Below, piece after piece: positions 1 to 11,037 of a stretch of DNA of 64,000 bases. Position 1 is the stretch's first letter. Each line of letters opens with the position of its first letter. The notes below the pieces were generated by a model that saw only the letters and a list, made by a program, of their open reading frames with translations, was not told where the DNA came from and searched no databases. The stretch spans positions 76,215 to 140,214 of the forward strand of contig CASFHD010000001.1 in assembly GCA_949294455.1 (NCBI GenBank). The letters run 5' to 3'. The DNA comes from an uncultured Christensenella sp. (GTDB lineage: Bacteria > Bacillota > Clostridia > Christensenellales > UBA1242). The translations under genes and the position numbers were made by a program.

Positions 1-3000
1 TATAGAAATTGCTACTATTACAACTATTGTAAATGTTGTAAGCGGTGTTTTCTTAATTACTTTAATACTTGAATAAATGTCTCCATTCAAAGATTGAATT
101 TGTACAAAATAAGTTCCACTTTCTGTAATGTTAAAACTATCTTGATTTACATTTAAATTTGAACCATCAATAACGATTTCATTGATTGTTTTCCCTTGAG
201 AATTTTTAACCACAATTTTACATTCTCCAATTTGTTCAAATAGCATAAAAGTATTATAAGATATTGTAATAGTTTTAGTTGTACTTTCTCCACTTTTTAT
301 AGAAGACGTTAAAGCAAGACCCTCTGTATCTTCAAATCGTACACTAAATTTAATTAAATTATCTGTTAATTGATTATCCACAACAATTCTATAATAGATA
401 TTGTAAATTCCACTAGATAATCCGTTTTCTTTTAGTCTATCGAGAGTGATAAGACCACTAAATGAACCCATTTGTTTTAACAAATTTTTAAATTCATCTG
501 TACAATCAACTTCTTTATTAGTTCTTGTAACTTTTTCTATTGAGTAAAGATTGTTAATATTTGACAAATCAAGAGCATAAGTTGCAGAATTTGGATTAAC
601 AATATTAAATACAAATTCTGTTTTTAACTCGTTTAAACCTGACCTTGCAATCAACACTACACGATAGTTACCATATTCTGTAAAAATAAACGATTGATTA
701 TTGCCTTGTTCCACATATTTGGAATTGTATAAAATAGTTTTAACATTATTATAAACAACATAAGAATCTCTTGAATAAAAAGAATATAAACTGCTATTAT
801 TCGAAATAACATTTACATTAACTGTATTATTAAAAATACCATTATTAACTATTGGCAAAGTTGAATCAACACCAGAAATATTTGTTTTAATATTTGCAAT
901 AACATCGTAAATTACATTAATTTTAACATTCAATTCTTTTTTAATACCATTATCCAAATAAGTTAATATATTTCCAGCCGTATTTCTAAATTTAAGCATA
1001 TACATACCACTCATATTGAAAGGAATGTAGGTATAACTAATATTTGTATTTTCATCATATTCACCTTCAATTGATTTTAAATAGTTATAAGAAATTCCGC
1101 CGTCATTAGAAATATAAACATCGACAATAATTTTATTTAATCTTTCGAAGAATTTATAACTTGAAGCCTTACTAAATGAATTAAATTTTACATAAATTTT
1201 ACCTAAAACATTAGACGGAAGAGTTTCTTCATCTAATATATCATTAGGATAAATGTTGTAATTCCCATTTGCAGATAAATAATTTTGAGAAAAACCTGTA
1301 CTTGATATAATTTCACCTTTATTAGTCGATACGCTTTCAATCATATCATTAGATGATGCTTGCACCAATATTATCAACGTTTCATAATAATAATCACCAA
1401 CTGCTTTAATTTGATAAAGTTTAGCAGGATAAACGCTACCTGTTATAGAACTCGTATCCCAAAGTTGTAAAGCGACAACGCCTTTATCAACATTTACATC
1501 TATATTCATATCATAAATTGACATGTAAATAGGAATGCTAAAATTTTTATCAAAATTGATACTGATTGATTCACCCTGATGCGAATTTTCATAACTTTCA
1601 ATTAATTGTTGAATAAATAAATCAGTTGAAATTTCATTTACAACAAAATAATTTGTAAGAGTTGTTAACTGAGAAAGTGAAGAATATCCTACAGGAGATA
1701 ATGTTTCTCCATTCGCCTTTACATCATACATATTTTTTGTTGAACTATCGTAAATTTCAAAGCCTATATTTTTACTAAATACCAATTTCCCGTTAATACT
1801 TGTTTTAAACGATACAACATAAATGTTTGGACTGTCTAATACGAGACCCGACATATTAGAGATATTACCATCAATAACACTACTGCTGTTATAAAGAACA
1901 AATTCATTATCAACTAAAACATAAAGATAAACTTCATTGTCAAAATAGTCTGTATTAAAATTACCCCATTCTAAACGCAATTTTTCACTTGTAGCAAAAT
2001 TTGATTTTGGATAGTTGTTTATATTGAGTTCGTAGTTTACTGCTACTATTCTTGATGCCAAATTTTCTGAATATGTGTTTAACAATTTTAATTCTGGTAC
2101 ATAGTTATCTATAGTAAACTCATACCTTGAATTAGGTTCATTATTTATTCCATTTAAAACTACTATATAATTTGCTATTCTACCTGTTGAATTAGGAGTA
2201 TTTTCTTCAGCCTGTTTTAAAAACACTATTCTATAAATATTTTGGTTGTTTTTATAAATGTAGTAGTAATATTCTTGACCATCTATTATATCAACAGGAT
2301 ATATTCGTACAAATTGTTCACTTGTAACAACGCTATCATCTAGCGAAGATAGAATTATGTTTGTTGTAGAGTTTGTAATGCTATTTGTAATATTTACTCT
2401 GTCATATCTAATTGCATTAAATTCAACAACCATATTCAAATCAGTATAATATTTTCCATCTCCTAAACTTGATACAATGTTATCATTTTGAATATTAACA
2501 CCCATTATATCACTACTAGCATAAATTCTTGAATTGAATCCAACTGTATCAGTAATTTTTGTATATAAATTATCAGAATTATCTATAAGATATAAAGTAT
2601 ATTTCGTATTAGTTTTAAGATTAATAACAGAATTTGAAAAATCGTAACTTCTTATTGTTTCATTTAAAATATAACCATCTGCTTGCAAATTAGCAATTAT
2701 ATCATCTGGTATTATAGAATTTCCAGCCAAATTGCCAATATAGATTGTATAAGTTTTGTTAGTATCGTTTACAAGAATTAATTTATCAAGTCTGCAATTT
2801 GCTTCACCAATGTGAGTGTTGACATTAGTTAAATCTAATATCCAATTTTCGTTTTGTTGAACAGCTTGAACTGTATTTATATTTAATTCAATTCTTTGAG
2901 TGTAGTAATTCAAATTGATTGAATAATTTACTCCAAGTCTATTCCACAAAGTCAAAGTATAATTTTGACTGTCATTATTAATTATAAATTCAACTATTTC

Positions 3001-6000
3001 ATCTTTTAAATCATTTATAAGAGTATGAGTATTTATTAATTTTTCAAAAGATTTAGTTGATGTAGAATTTTTTATAGAAATATAACTAGAATAGTCATAT
3101 AAATTCAAATCAAAACTACCTTCGATAGAATTCAAATAAAAGGTTGTATTTGAATTGTGTTGAACAGTATTGCCATTATTAGATATTGAATTTGATAAGG
3201 AATCATTGTTCACTAGATAAATTAAATAAGATGTGTAATTACCAGCAAAATCTTTTTCTATTATTTCATAAAAATTATTTTCAGATATATTAAAAATTTG
3301 ATTTATTAATTGACCATAAGTTTTAGGGACATTTAAACTTGTATAAGAACTAAGAATGACTGAATTATAATCTGTTTGATTTTCTGAAAAATTCAAATAA
3401 CTATTACCAACATTTGAATAATACTCAGCCTCTGAAGGCAATAGTGATAAAGATTTATATCTGTCGCTAGAAGAGATATTAATTGCTCTTATAAATACTT
3501 TTTCTAAATCATCACTTGCAAAAGAAGTATTTTCGTTTGCCGACAATAAATAATCATAACTTAATTTTATAGAATAATAATAAACATTTTGAGTATCAAA
3601 GCAACTAGAACTATTTGTTTTTGCAATACTTGAAATTTCGCCTTGATTATATAGTTGTACAAAATAATTATTAATTTGATTATCACTTGATATTAGATTA
3701 TTAATATTTATATTATCCGGTTGTTTGTCTATTACAACATCTTGGTAAGTTTCATAATATTGCAAATTTTCATAAGCAGACTTATCGCTATATTTATGAC
3801 AATAAATAGTGTAAGTTGAAGTCTCTCCCTCATTTACACTAGAACAATCTAATATTATATAATATTTCCAAGGAGTATCAACTGCCTTTACAACTTTTAT
3901 AATTCCATTATCAAAATTTTCCGTTGACCAAGCGAAAATTTCAACATCGTCTTTAAATATTTTAATTGAACTAGGGTCAACGCTATCATATTTAATGCTT
4001 GGATTTGCTGAATAATTTTCTTCAAACTCAAATATCAAATAATTTTGATTTGTAGTGCTATTTGAATTAAATCTATATACTTCATTTAATGAATTATCCG
4101 CATTTAATATGTTATCAAAATTAACTGCATAATATTTATCAATTTCTATTTCTTTAGGAGAAACAGTGATAGCAAATCTAAATTCATTTCCTGAAGATTT
4201 TGTCCAATTTTCAGTATAACCGCCAATTCCATCTGTTAATACAAATTCGTACACTCCTGATTTATTCAAGTATTCAATGTTAGATAAATCAATTAAGCCA
4301 TTTTCATCAACTATGAGTTCTTTTAAAAGAATTTCACTATAAGAATTATTTGTACCAGATTCGTAATAATAAATACTTAACTTTAATTGCATATTAGCAA
4401 TCAATGTGTTGTATGTTCTGACACCAAATTCATCATAGTATTTACTTGCTGAAATATTCAAAACAGCAGGCATAATATCAGTTGTTAAATAATTATAAGT
4501 ATTTCCGTTTATCAATGCATCATCTGAAAGTGTTAAATTAAAGTTATCAAAAATAACATTATTTAAATCATCTCCCCAACTAACACTAATAAAAGCACCC
4601 AATCTTTCGTTTGATTCATAATGGACAATCCCATTTCTATCAACAAAAATTACATAAGTGCGTATTAAATCATCATTATCATCTGCAAAACTTTCTAAAG
4701 AGCCTACATATTGTCTAGTAATAACGTACATACCTGGAGCGGTAACAGTTTTGACAACTGAATTGTGATTTTCATCGACAAAAGTAGTTTGTATAGTGTG
4801 CAAAGGAGCGCTTACATTATATACTTCTCCATCTATTTCTATTGTCGAAGACCCTTCAATTAAATCAATATTTGAATATCCACTTGCAGGTGTTTCAGCA
4901 TAAGGATAATTTCTACTTGAACTATCGTAATTTAAAGGATAATAAGAATAAACTAATTTTGAAATAGTATATTTGTCAATTCCACTATTAATCCACCTAA
5001 ATGTAACTAAATCTGCGTTTGTAACATTTGAAGAATTTAAAACAGACTTGTTTTGTTCAGCGGACAAATCATCGCACATAATAAGATTTTCAACATTTCC
5101 TAAATACTCTTGATTGTTGTCAATATTAATATATTTTGAACCATTAAAAGTATATCTGCCTACAATTTCATAAAACTGCCCAGAAATTTTAATTAAATCA
5201 TTTATATTTCCTTCAAAATTATTAATATCAACAGATTGTGACTTATCCACTTCAAAATAAAAGGTTGTAATTTTTGGTGAATAGTAATATAATTCATCAC
5301 TGTTTGAAACATTGTTTGAATAAAATCTTCCTTTAGAATTGTCATAATTTATTTCAAAAGTAAAATTATTGACACTATTTGTTATATCAGTTAAATTAGT
5401 TTGGTTTTCCGCAACTAAATAAAATGAATATAATCCTTCTAAATCATCTAAATTCAAATCAGATACTTTTACTGAATAATCTTTATTAGTATCAACGACA
5501 ATTTCTTTTTGTAAACTAGCGTTATCAGTAATACTATTTAATAAAATATTATTATTTTTTACTACATAATAATAATTATTATCATAAGTTTTAAATGCTG
5601 ATTTTAATACAGCAATGTTAGTTATGTTATTATTTGGTGCATAATTGATAGAATTTGATGAATTATTATATAAAAAGTTAATATAATCGGCTAAATAATC
5701 TATTGAATTTACATTTCCAATATTTACAGATTTGTGAGAACCATAAGATATTGTTATATCATTATTCAATATGTAATTGAAACTATCAATATCAATAATT
5801 GAACCTAAATCATCATAGAACATATATTGATTTTTTATGTTGTCAATTACAATCATATAATTTGCAATATTTCCTGCTTCGTCTTCAAGCGTAAACAAAT
5901 AAATACCACTTGCAGATAAAACATTGTCAGCGTCTATTGATGAAGTTGTCATACTTTTAGGTTTTGATATAGCCACATTTTCAGATATAGCACCTATTTT

Positions 6001-8466
6001 ATAAGTAGTATTAATCCAAACTTCATTATTGGAAATAATAGTTTGCACAGATTTTGAATTATCTACAATAAAAGGAATAAATCTATAATAAGCATTAATC
6101 TTTGCCCCGCTTAAAGTTTTGTCGTCCCAAGTTAAAGTAATGCTAGTATTGACCATCGCTTTAGATGAATAATCTTTTAAAGAGCCATCAGCATTTCTTT
6201 CTAATTGATAAGAAGTGTAACCATTGATTATAGTTGATTTGACTCCCAAAATTCTTATATTTGATATAGGAGTTTTGTCAATAGTAAAGAAATACATTGT
6301 TTTTGACTTTGATGAATAATTAACTACCACATAATATGTTCCGTTTTGAGTAAACATACCGCCTTTATTTTGATAAGTATAAGGAGTATTATTAATTATA
6401 GAACTTTCATCTTGATAGGTAGATGAATAATAATATGTTGCACTAATAACGCTTTCAAATCTTCCGCTTTCATTCCAAGTCAAATATACATTTTTATTAG
6501 TAATACCATCTGTATAAATTCTAGTGCTTGAATCTTCATTATCTGGTAGATTTGCTTCATTAGTAGCCCAAATTTTTACATTTGGAGACTTTGAAGAAAC
6601 TCTAAAAGCAAACGCTTGCGTTCCTTTTAAATTGCTGTTGTCTGCATTTGAATATCTAACTATTAAAACATAATACCCAATTCCACTAAACATTTGACCT
6701 TTAGTATAACTTAAATATTCAGTTGCACTATTCGGTAAACTCTCAGGTAAAGTTGCACTAAAATAATATTTGCAATAATCTAAATCAAATTCTCCATATA
6801 AATCTAGCCACAATCCACCTTGATTAGTTCTAGCAAAATAACTTTCTTTATCTACCTGTTCTAAATAACTGTTAGATAAATTTTCTATAATAGTATCGTA
6901 ATTGTCAGTTGAATTTATAAGATTTTTTTCACCAGTTTCAACACTCTGTGCTGTACCTGTTCTCATTGAAGATTTGCTAGTTTCATACTTTAACCCTAAA
7001 GATAACGAACTATCCAATTCTGTTTCTGTAAGAATTTTTCTGTCCAAAATTGAATCATATTCCCAACCTATGAAACTCTTTCCATCTACTTCTTCATAAC
7101 CACCTACAACAATTAAATTTGATATTCCATCATCAGAAAAATTATAATATCTTAAATCAGCTTGATAATAATCAGTTTTTGCATAAACAAGCGAATACCC
7201 ATTTATGTCCAAATCAAAATTTTTAACTAAATTGTCGTCTTCAATAATGACAGACCCGTTTATACCATCCGCTAAAAAGCCGGTATATATGTAATTAAAG
7301 TTAAATGTATATTTACCCACATCACTAAACACTAAAGTTAATAAATGCGTATTATTTTTACTATTATACATAGCATAGCGATAGGTAGTGGTTTTACTTA
7401 AAGCAGAAGTTGTAATCTCGATATAATCTGTTGAATTTTCTTGAACATAATTTACTTCAACATTATAAGTAACATTGTATTTAACATAAGCGTATCTTAA
7501 ATTAAATAATGTGTAATCGTATGTAAGTGTCGGTAAATTTTTACTACTTCCTAAATTATAATCAAAATTAGTATTTTCGTTAGAAAAATTATTAGCATTA
7601 GTTAAATCATCTGCCAAATAAAATTCAGGTGCAGAACTATAGCCTGTATTACTTATTGTTTGATTGTACGAGTCTGCATTTATTAAATAAAATCCAAAGT
7701 CGTAAGTTTTTGTAGCATAGGTATAGTCCCCACTTCGATAGCCGTAACTAATGTCAAATTTGTAATAACCAGTTATAGGATTAGAATCTGAATCTAAAAA
7801 TGTGTTAAGATTAAAAAACCAAACCAAATCACAATAATCTCTACCATTTACAGTATAACTTCTATATCTAGGTATTACATTTGTCTGAATTACACCGTTT
7901 ATGTATAAGGTTATATTTATGTTATAAAGCGATGCCCCAATATTATTTCCACCATCAACTACTGAAGCATTAGTTTTAAGAGTATCAATTGATAAAGGGT
8001 CTTCAAGGTAATATCCACCCAAGGTCATAAGCATATATTCTTGATAATTATAACCATCTATAATTTTTGAATTAGAATTTGATAAAAATACAAAGTCATT
8101 ATTGTCAACCACATACTTATTAAATAAATCAGTACCAACCCTTTTTTCAATATTATAAAAATTATTATTTTCAAGACTATAACCAAATTGTGAATTTTGA
8201 GTTAGGTTAGAACCCAATATGTTATTAGCGCCCGTGTTAGCAATATTTGCATATTCAGGGTTGTAATAAACCTTTTCTAATGAAAAAATAGTTTTATGAT
8301 TTTCAGCGTCTGCATATTCTTGTGAATAATAATCAGTTTTTGTACCATAACTTAATGCAGAAGTTGTAATAGATTTTCTGTTAAATGACGCACCAAAAAA
8401 CACGCCTAAAAAGGCGAACATAATTGTCGCGATGAAAACACCCCTATAAAATTTATTCTTTACCAT
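1..8466 (-). CDS. Giant (>2,822 aa; 3' end beyond the left window edge) Asn/Tyr/Ser/Thr-rich secreted or membrane-anchored surface protein
   Basis: ATG at 8466-8464 is preceded by GGGGTAGGA. N-terminus MVKNKFYRGVFIATIMFAFLGVFFGASF is a signal/anchor. Codons at the window edge (...LNGDIYSSIKVIKKTPLTTFTIVVIVAISI) are in the same frame (coordinate mod 3) as the ATG. Spot checks of about 10 lines found no in-frame stop. The track lists only complete ORFs and shows nothing over 65 aa across these 8.4 kb. Confidence 0.75.
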   Translation of the reverse strand, partial: MVKNKFYRGVFIATIMFAFLGVFFGASFNRKSITTSALSYGTKTDYYSQEYADAENHKTIFSLEKVYYNPEYANIANTGANNILGSNLTQNSQFGYSLENNNFYNIEKRVGTDLFNKYVVDNNDFVFLSNSNSKIIDGYNYQEYMLMTLGGYYLEDPLSIDTLKTNASVVDGGNNIGASLYNINITLYINGVIQTNVIPRYRSYTVNGRDYCDLVWFFNLNTFLDSDSNPITGYYKFDISYGYRSGDYTYATKTYDFGFYLINADSYNQTISNTGYSSAPEFYLADDLTNANNFSNENTNFDYNLGSSKNLPTLTYDYTLFNLRYAYVKYNVTYNVEVNYVQENSTDYIEITTSALSKTTTYRYAMYNSKNNTHLLTLVFSDVGKYTFNFNYIYTGFLADGINGSVIIEDDNLVKNFDLDINGYSLVYAKTDYYQADLRYYNFSDDGISNLIVVGGYEEVDGKSFIGWEYDSILDRKILTETELDSSLSLGLKYETSKSSMRTGTAQSVETGEKNLINSTDNYDTIIENLSNSYLEQVDKESYFARTNQGGLWLDLYGEFDLDYCKYYFSATLPESLPNSATEYLSYTKGQMFSGIGYYVLIVRYSNADNSNLKGTQAFAFRVSSKSPNVKIWATNEANLPDNEDSSTRIYTDGITNKNVYLTWNESGRFESVISATYYYSSTYQDESSIINNTPYTYQNKGGMFTQNGTYYVVVNYSSKSKTMYFFTIDKTPISNIRILGVKSTIINGYTSYQLERNADGSLKDYSSKAMVNTSITLTWDDKTLSGAKINAYYRFIPFIVDNSKSVQTIISNNEVWINTTYKIGAISENVAISKPKSMTTSSIDADNVLSASGIYLFTLEDEAGNIANYMIVIDNIKNQYMFYDDLGSIIDIDSFNYILNNDITISYGSHKSVNIGNVNSIDYLADYINFLYNNSSNSINYAPNNNITNIAVLKSAFKTYDNNYYYVVKNNNILLNSITDNASLQKEIVVDTNKDYSVKVSDLNLDDLEGLYSFYLVAENQTNLTDITNSVNNFTFEINYDNSKGRFYSNNVSNSDELYYYSPKITTFYFEVDKSQSVDINNFEGNINDLIKISGQFYEIVGRYTFNGSKYINIDNNQEYLGNVENLIMCDDLSAEQNKSVLNSSNVTNADLVTFRWINSGIDKYTISKLVYSYYPLNYDSSSRNYPYAETPASGYSNIDLIEGSSTIEIDGEVYNVSAPLHTIQTTFVDENHNSVVKTVTAPGMYVITRQYVGSLESFADDNDDLIRTYVIFVDRNGIVHYESNERLGAFISVSWGDDLNNVIFDNFNLTLSDDALINGNTYNYLTTDIMPAVLNISASKYYDEFGVRTYNTLIANMQLKLSIYYYESGTNNSYSEILLKELIVDENGLIDLSNIEYLNKSGVYEFVLTDGIGGYTENWTKSSGNEFRFAITVSPKEIEIDKYYAVNFDNILNADNSLNEVYRFNSNSTTNQNYLIFEFEENYSANPSIKYDSVDPSSIKIFKDDVEIFAWSTENFDNGIIKVVKAVDTPWKYYIILDCSSVNEGETSTYTIYCHKYSDKSAYENLQYYETYQDVVIDKQPDNININNLISSDNQINNYFVQLYNQGEISSIAKTNSSSCFDTQNVYYYSIKLSYDYLLSANENTSFASDDLEKVFIRAINISSSDRYKSLSLLPSEAEYYSNVGNSYLNFSENQTDYNSVILSSYTSLNVPKTYGQLINQIFNISENNFYEIIEKDFAGNYTSYLIYLVNNDSLSNSISNNGNTVQHNSNTTFYLNSIEGSFDLNLYDYSSYISIKNSTSTKSFEKLINTHTLINDLKDEIVEFIINNDSQNYTLTLWNRLGVNYSINLNYYTQRIELNINTVQAVQQNENWILDLTNVNTHIGEANCRLDKLILVNDTNKTYTIYIGNLAGNSIIPDDIIANLQADGYILNETIRSYDFSNSVINLKTNTKYTLYLIDNSDNLYTKITDTVGFNSRIYASSDIMGVNIQNDNIVSSLGDGKYYTDLNMVVEFNAIRYDRVNITNSITNSTTNIILSSLDDSVVTSEQFVRIYPVDIIDGQEYYYYIYKNNQNIYRIVFLKQAEENTPNSTGRIANYIVVLNGINNEPNSRYEFTIDNYVPELKLLNTYSENLASRIVAVNYELNINNYPKSNFATSEKLRLEWGNFNTDYFDNEVYLYVLVDNEFVLYNSSSVIDGNISNMSGLVLDSPNIYVVSFKTSINGKLVFSKNIGFEIYDSSTKNMYDVKANGETLSPVGYSSLSQLTTLTNYFVVNEISTDLFIQQLIESYENSHQGESISINFDKNFSIPIYMSIYDMNIDVNVDKGVVALQLWDTSSITGSVYPAKLYQIKAVGDYYYETLIILVQASSNDMIESVSTNKGEIISSTGFSQNYLSANGNYNIYPNDILDEETLPSNVLGKIYVKFNSFSKASSYKFFERLNKIIVDVYISNDGGISYNYLKSIEGEYDENTNISYTYIPFNMSGMYMLKFRNTAGNILTYLDNGIKKELNVKINVIYDVIANIKTNISGVDSTLPIVNNGIFNNTVNVNVISNNSSLYSFYSRDSYVVYNNVKTILYNSKYVEQGNNQSFIFTEYGNYRVVLIARSGLNELKTEFVFNIVNPNSATYALDLSNINNLYSIEKVTRTNKEVDCTDEFKNLLKQMGSFSGLITLDRLKENGLSSGIYNIYYRIVVDNQLTDNLIKFSVRFEDTEGLALTSSIKSGESTTKTITISYNTFMLFEQIGECKIVVKNSQGKTINEIVIDGSNLNVNQDSFNITESGTYFVQIQSLNGDIYSSIKVIKKTPLTTFTIVVIVAISI

Positions 8467-8512
8467 AAATAAATCCTACCCCTATAATTTATCGAATGTA
8501 CCAATATAGTTT

Positions 8513-8542
8513 ATTTTATCACAAAATAAAGCAAATAATCAA
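8513..8542 (-). promoter_or_regulatory. Putative sigma-A-type promoter for the giant ORF
   Basis: Minus strand reads TTGATT, an 18-nt spacer including TGA, then TAAAAT (extended -10 TGnTAAAAT). It lies about 45 nt upstream of ATG 8466. Confidence 0.3.
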
Positions 8543-8776
8543 ATAAAATACTAAAAAACAACTTAAATAAATATTTTAAAAAATATTAAAAAATAATTAA
8601 CGGATAATTTAATGAATAAAATAATATTCAAATAATACTGAAAATAAAAGAAAAAATTTAATAAAAAATGTAAAAATATTGAAAATTTTATTAAAAATTA
8701 AAAAAAATAAATAAAAAATAATAATTTCTAATTATTTTTAATAAAAAAATGCCTATAATTAGACATTTTTATTTTT

Positions 8777-10315
8777 TTATACCATTAATTGAACGCCGTT
8801 AGAATTTACAACTTTTAAAACTTTTATAATATCTTGTTTGTTTACATCTAAATATATATAATAAATTCCGTCCATTTTTTCCACGATATATTCAAAACAC
8901 AAACTTTCTTTTCCATCATCTAAAGGTATAACACATTTATTAATTGCCTGCAATTTATAATCAAACCCTAATTTATCTTCATAATCTGCAGGATTAAGAT
9001 TAGTCGATACATTTCTAGTAACGTGGTTAAATGCGTAATTTCTTGCTTCCCAACCCAATACATTTCCTTTTGTCAAACAAACTTTGACTTTAATTAAATC
9101 AGGATACATTATAACATCATCTTGCACATAAGCCAAATTGATGTAAGCACAATTATTATCAACTTCCAACCATACAGCATTCATATTTTTAAGTCCTACT
9201 TTTTCAGCAAATGAAAGTGCAATATCAACTGCCTTATCATTAGATATTGCAACATCACCGATTTCGTTATGCCCATTGATATTTAACAAAAATCCATCTC
9301 TTTTTGTTACTTGTGCTAAATACACAACACCATCAATTGTAACATTAAAGTCGTAAGTTTCAAATTCTCCAGATGTTTCTCTTACAAACTCAATTTTTGT
9401 ATTAGTTCCGTTATAAACTTGATTTTGCAAATAATTTAAAGCATCTTCTTTTGATACGACAGATTCGCTTAAACCTAATATTTGTTTTTCTTCTAGAGCT
9501 GAAGAAAACGGACCATCGAAAATCATTGCAGGGTAATCTATTGTATCATTTGATAAATCACCCATTGAAACTGAAAATTCATTCATTCCATTTTTATCTA
9601 AAGTTGTGCTATCTATAAAATTATAATTGCCCTTGTTTACTTGTTCGTTTTGTTTGTTTAAACTTGTCTTTATATCTTGTAAAATTAATGAAATTTGTGA
9701 AACCAAATTCAACTCATCGTTTGTTAAATTTTCACCAGAGTTCAGTTTATTTAAATATGCTTCACAAACACCACCAACTTGGTTAAAAAATTTTGTAACA
9801 GCTATTACATTATTGTGGCTAATTGGAAGAATACTAAGCCCTGCTAAAACTACTTCGCAATCTTCACTCATATTATTAAGACTCATTCTTTGAGCTTCAG
9901 TTGTAGGAAGTGATTGAAATTTTTCACTATCCACCACCATATTATTTACGCTGTCTACCATTGTATAATAAGAACTAGCATAAATTGAAGAAAGTGAGTT
10001 GTCAACTTGTTTCTTTTCTTTCTTTACTTGAAAAAACGCTATAGAAACTGCTAGTAAAACTATTGCTAGAGTAACAATTGTTATAATAAGTCCCGGCAAC
10101 GCTTTTTCAGCATTTGACATTTTCTTTTCTCGTTTAGTAACTTCATTGCCAGCATTATAATTTGTTTGCATTTCTATCTCTTTTTCAATAGAATTATTTT
10201 CTAAATTTTCATTTTTTTTAATTTTTTTATCATTTTTTTGATTATTTTCTTTATTTTTTGCGTTTTTTTCTTGATTTTTTACATTATTTTTTAAATTTTT
10301 AGTTTTATTTTCCAT
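8777..10315 (-). CDS. ypeB: Germination protein YpeB (PepSY-domain membrane protein)
   Basis: Lys/Asn-rich N-terminus followed by a single TM (LPGLIITIVTLAIVLLAVSIAFF) and a large extracytoplasmic domain. Lies 15 nt downstream of sleB, as in the Bacillus sleB-ypeB operon. AGGAG precedes the ATG. Confidence 0.8.
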   Translation of the reverse strand: MENKTKNLKNNVKNQEKNAKNKENNQKNDKKIKKNENLENNSIEKEIEMQTNYNAGNEVTKREKKMSNAEKALPGLIITIVTLAIVLLAVSIAFFQVKKEKKQVDNSLSSIYASSYYTMVDSVNNMVVDSEKFQSLPTTEAQRMSLNNMSEDCEVVLAGLSILPISHNNVIAVTKFFNQVGGVCEAYLNKLNSGENLTNDELNLVSQISLILQDIKTSLNKQNEQVNKGNYNFIDSTTLDKNGMNEFSVSMGDLSNDTIDYPAMIFDGPFSSALEEKQILGLSESVVSKEDALNYLQNQVYNGTNTKIEFVRETSGEFETYDFNVTIDGVVYLAQVTKRDGFLLNINGHNEIGDVAISNDKAVDIALSFAEKVGLKNMNAVWLEVDNNCAYINLAYVQDDVIMYPDLIKVKVCLTKGNVLGWEARNYAFNHVTRNVSTNLNPADYEDKLGFDYKLQAINKCVIPLDDGKESLCFEYIVEKMDGIYYIYLDVNKQDIIKVLKVVNSNGVQLMV

Positions 10316-10330
10316 ACCTTCTCCTTACAA

Positions 10331-11026
10331 CTATACTGCAAACACATGCTTTCCTATTGTTGTTACTGTTTTTAAACTATATATCCAACTGCTTGTTGCC
10401 GTTTTGGGATTATAGTAATATACACACCCATAAGTTGGGTCCCAACCATTTAAAGCATCTCGTGCAGCCTGATACGCTGTACTATTAGGTGTATAATAAA
10501 ATTGCCCGTCATCTACTGCTGTAAAAGCACCTTTTTGATATATAACGCCAGATATAGTATTTGGGAATCTGCTGTCTTTTACTCTGTTTAGGACAACCGC
10601 TGCAACAGCAACTTGACCTGTGTAACTTTCACCCCTTGCTTCTCCATAAACTAGGTGAGCAAGCAAATCCAAATCATTGCTACTATATGATGAAGATGAA
10701 CTTGTAAGTGTTATTCCCATTTTGGCAGCAGTCAATGGTCCCACAATACCGTCAGCAGTTAAACCGTATTTTCTTTGAAAAGATTTTACAGCAGCTATCG
10801 TTTTAGGACCATTAATACCGTCAACATTTCCTGTATAATAACCCCATTGCTTTAACTTTTTTTGCACAGTAGTAGTATCTGCCGTAACAGCATTAACTTC
10901 ATCTATATCATACGCTGAACAAGTATTCATAGCAGAAGTCTTTGCATTTAATATGCCAGCACCTATAACAAACATTACAGACATAGCAAGTAATAGTGCA
11001 ATACTTATTATCTTAAATTTTCTCAT
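10331..11026 (-). CDS. sleB: Spore cortex-lytic enzyme SleB (PG_binding_1 + cell-wall hydrolase domain)
   Basis: N-terminal signal. PG-binding motif LKQWGYYTGNVDGINGPKTIAAVKSFQRKYGLTADGIVGPLT. Hydrolase_2 motif LLAHLVYGEARGESYTGQVAVAAVVLNRV. Confidence 0.9.
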   Translation of the reverse strand: MRKFKIISIALLLAMSVMFVIGAGILNAKTSAMNTCSAYDIDEVNAVTADTTTVQKKLKQWGYYTGNVDGINGPKTIAAVKSFQRKYGLTADGIVGPLTAAKMGITLTSSSSSYSSNDLDLLAHLVYGEARGESYTGQVAVAAVVLNRVKDSRFPNTISGVIYQKGAFTAVDDGQFYYTPNSTAYQAARDALNGWDPTYGCVYYYNPKTATSSWIYSLKTVTTIGKHVFAV

Positions 11027-11037
11027 ACCCCTTCCTT

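Noticed and set aside
6902-7099. 65-aa plus-strand ORF, the only track ORF in the first 8.4 kb
   Set aside because: It lies antisense inside the continuous giant minus-strand ORF. It has no RBS, and its composition is typical of an antisense frame of AT-rich coding DNA.
8467-8776. AT-rich 310-bp spacer upstream of the giant ORF as a mobile element or RNA gene
   Set aside because: It contains only A/T-rich low-complexity sequence, with a plausible promoter and a weak hairpin near 8745..8765. There are no terminal repeats or coding potential.
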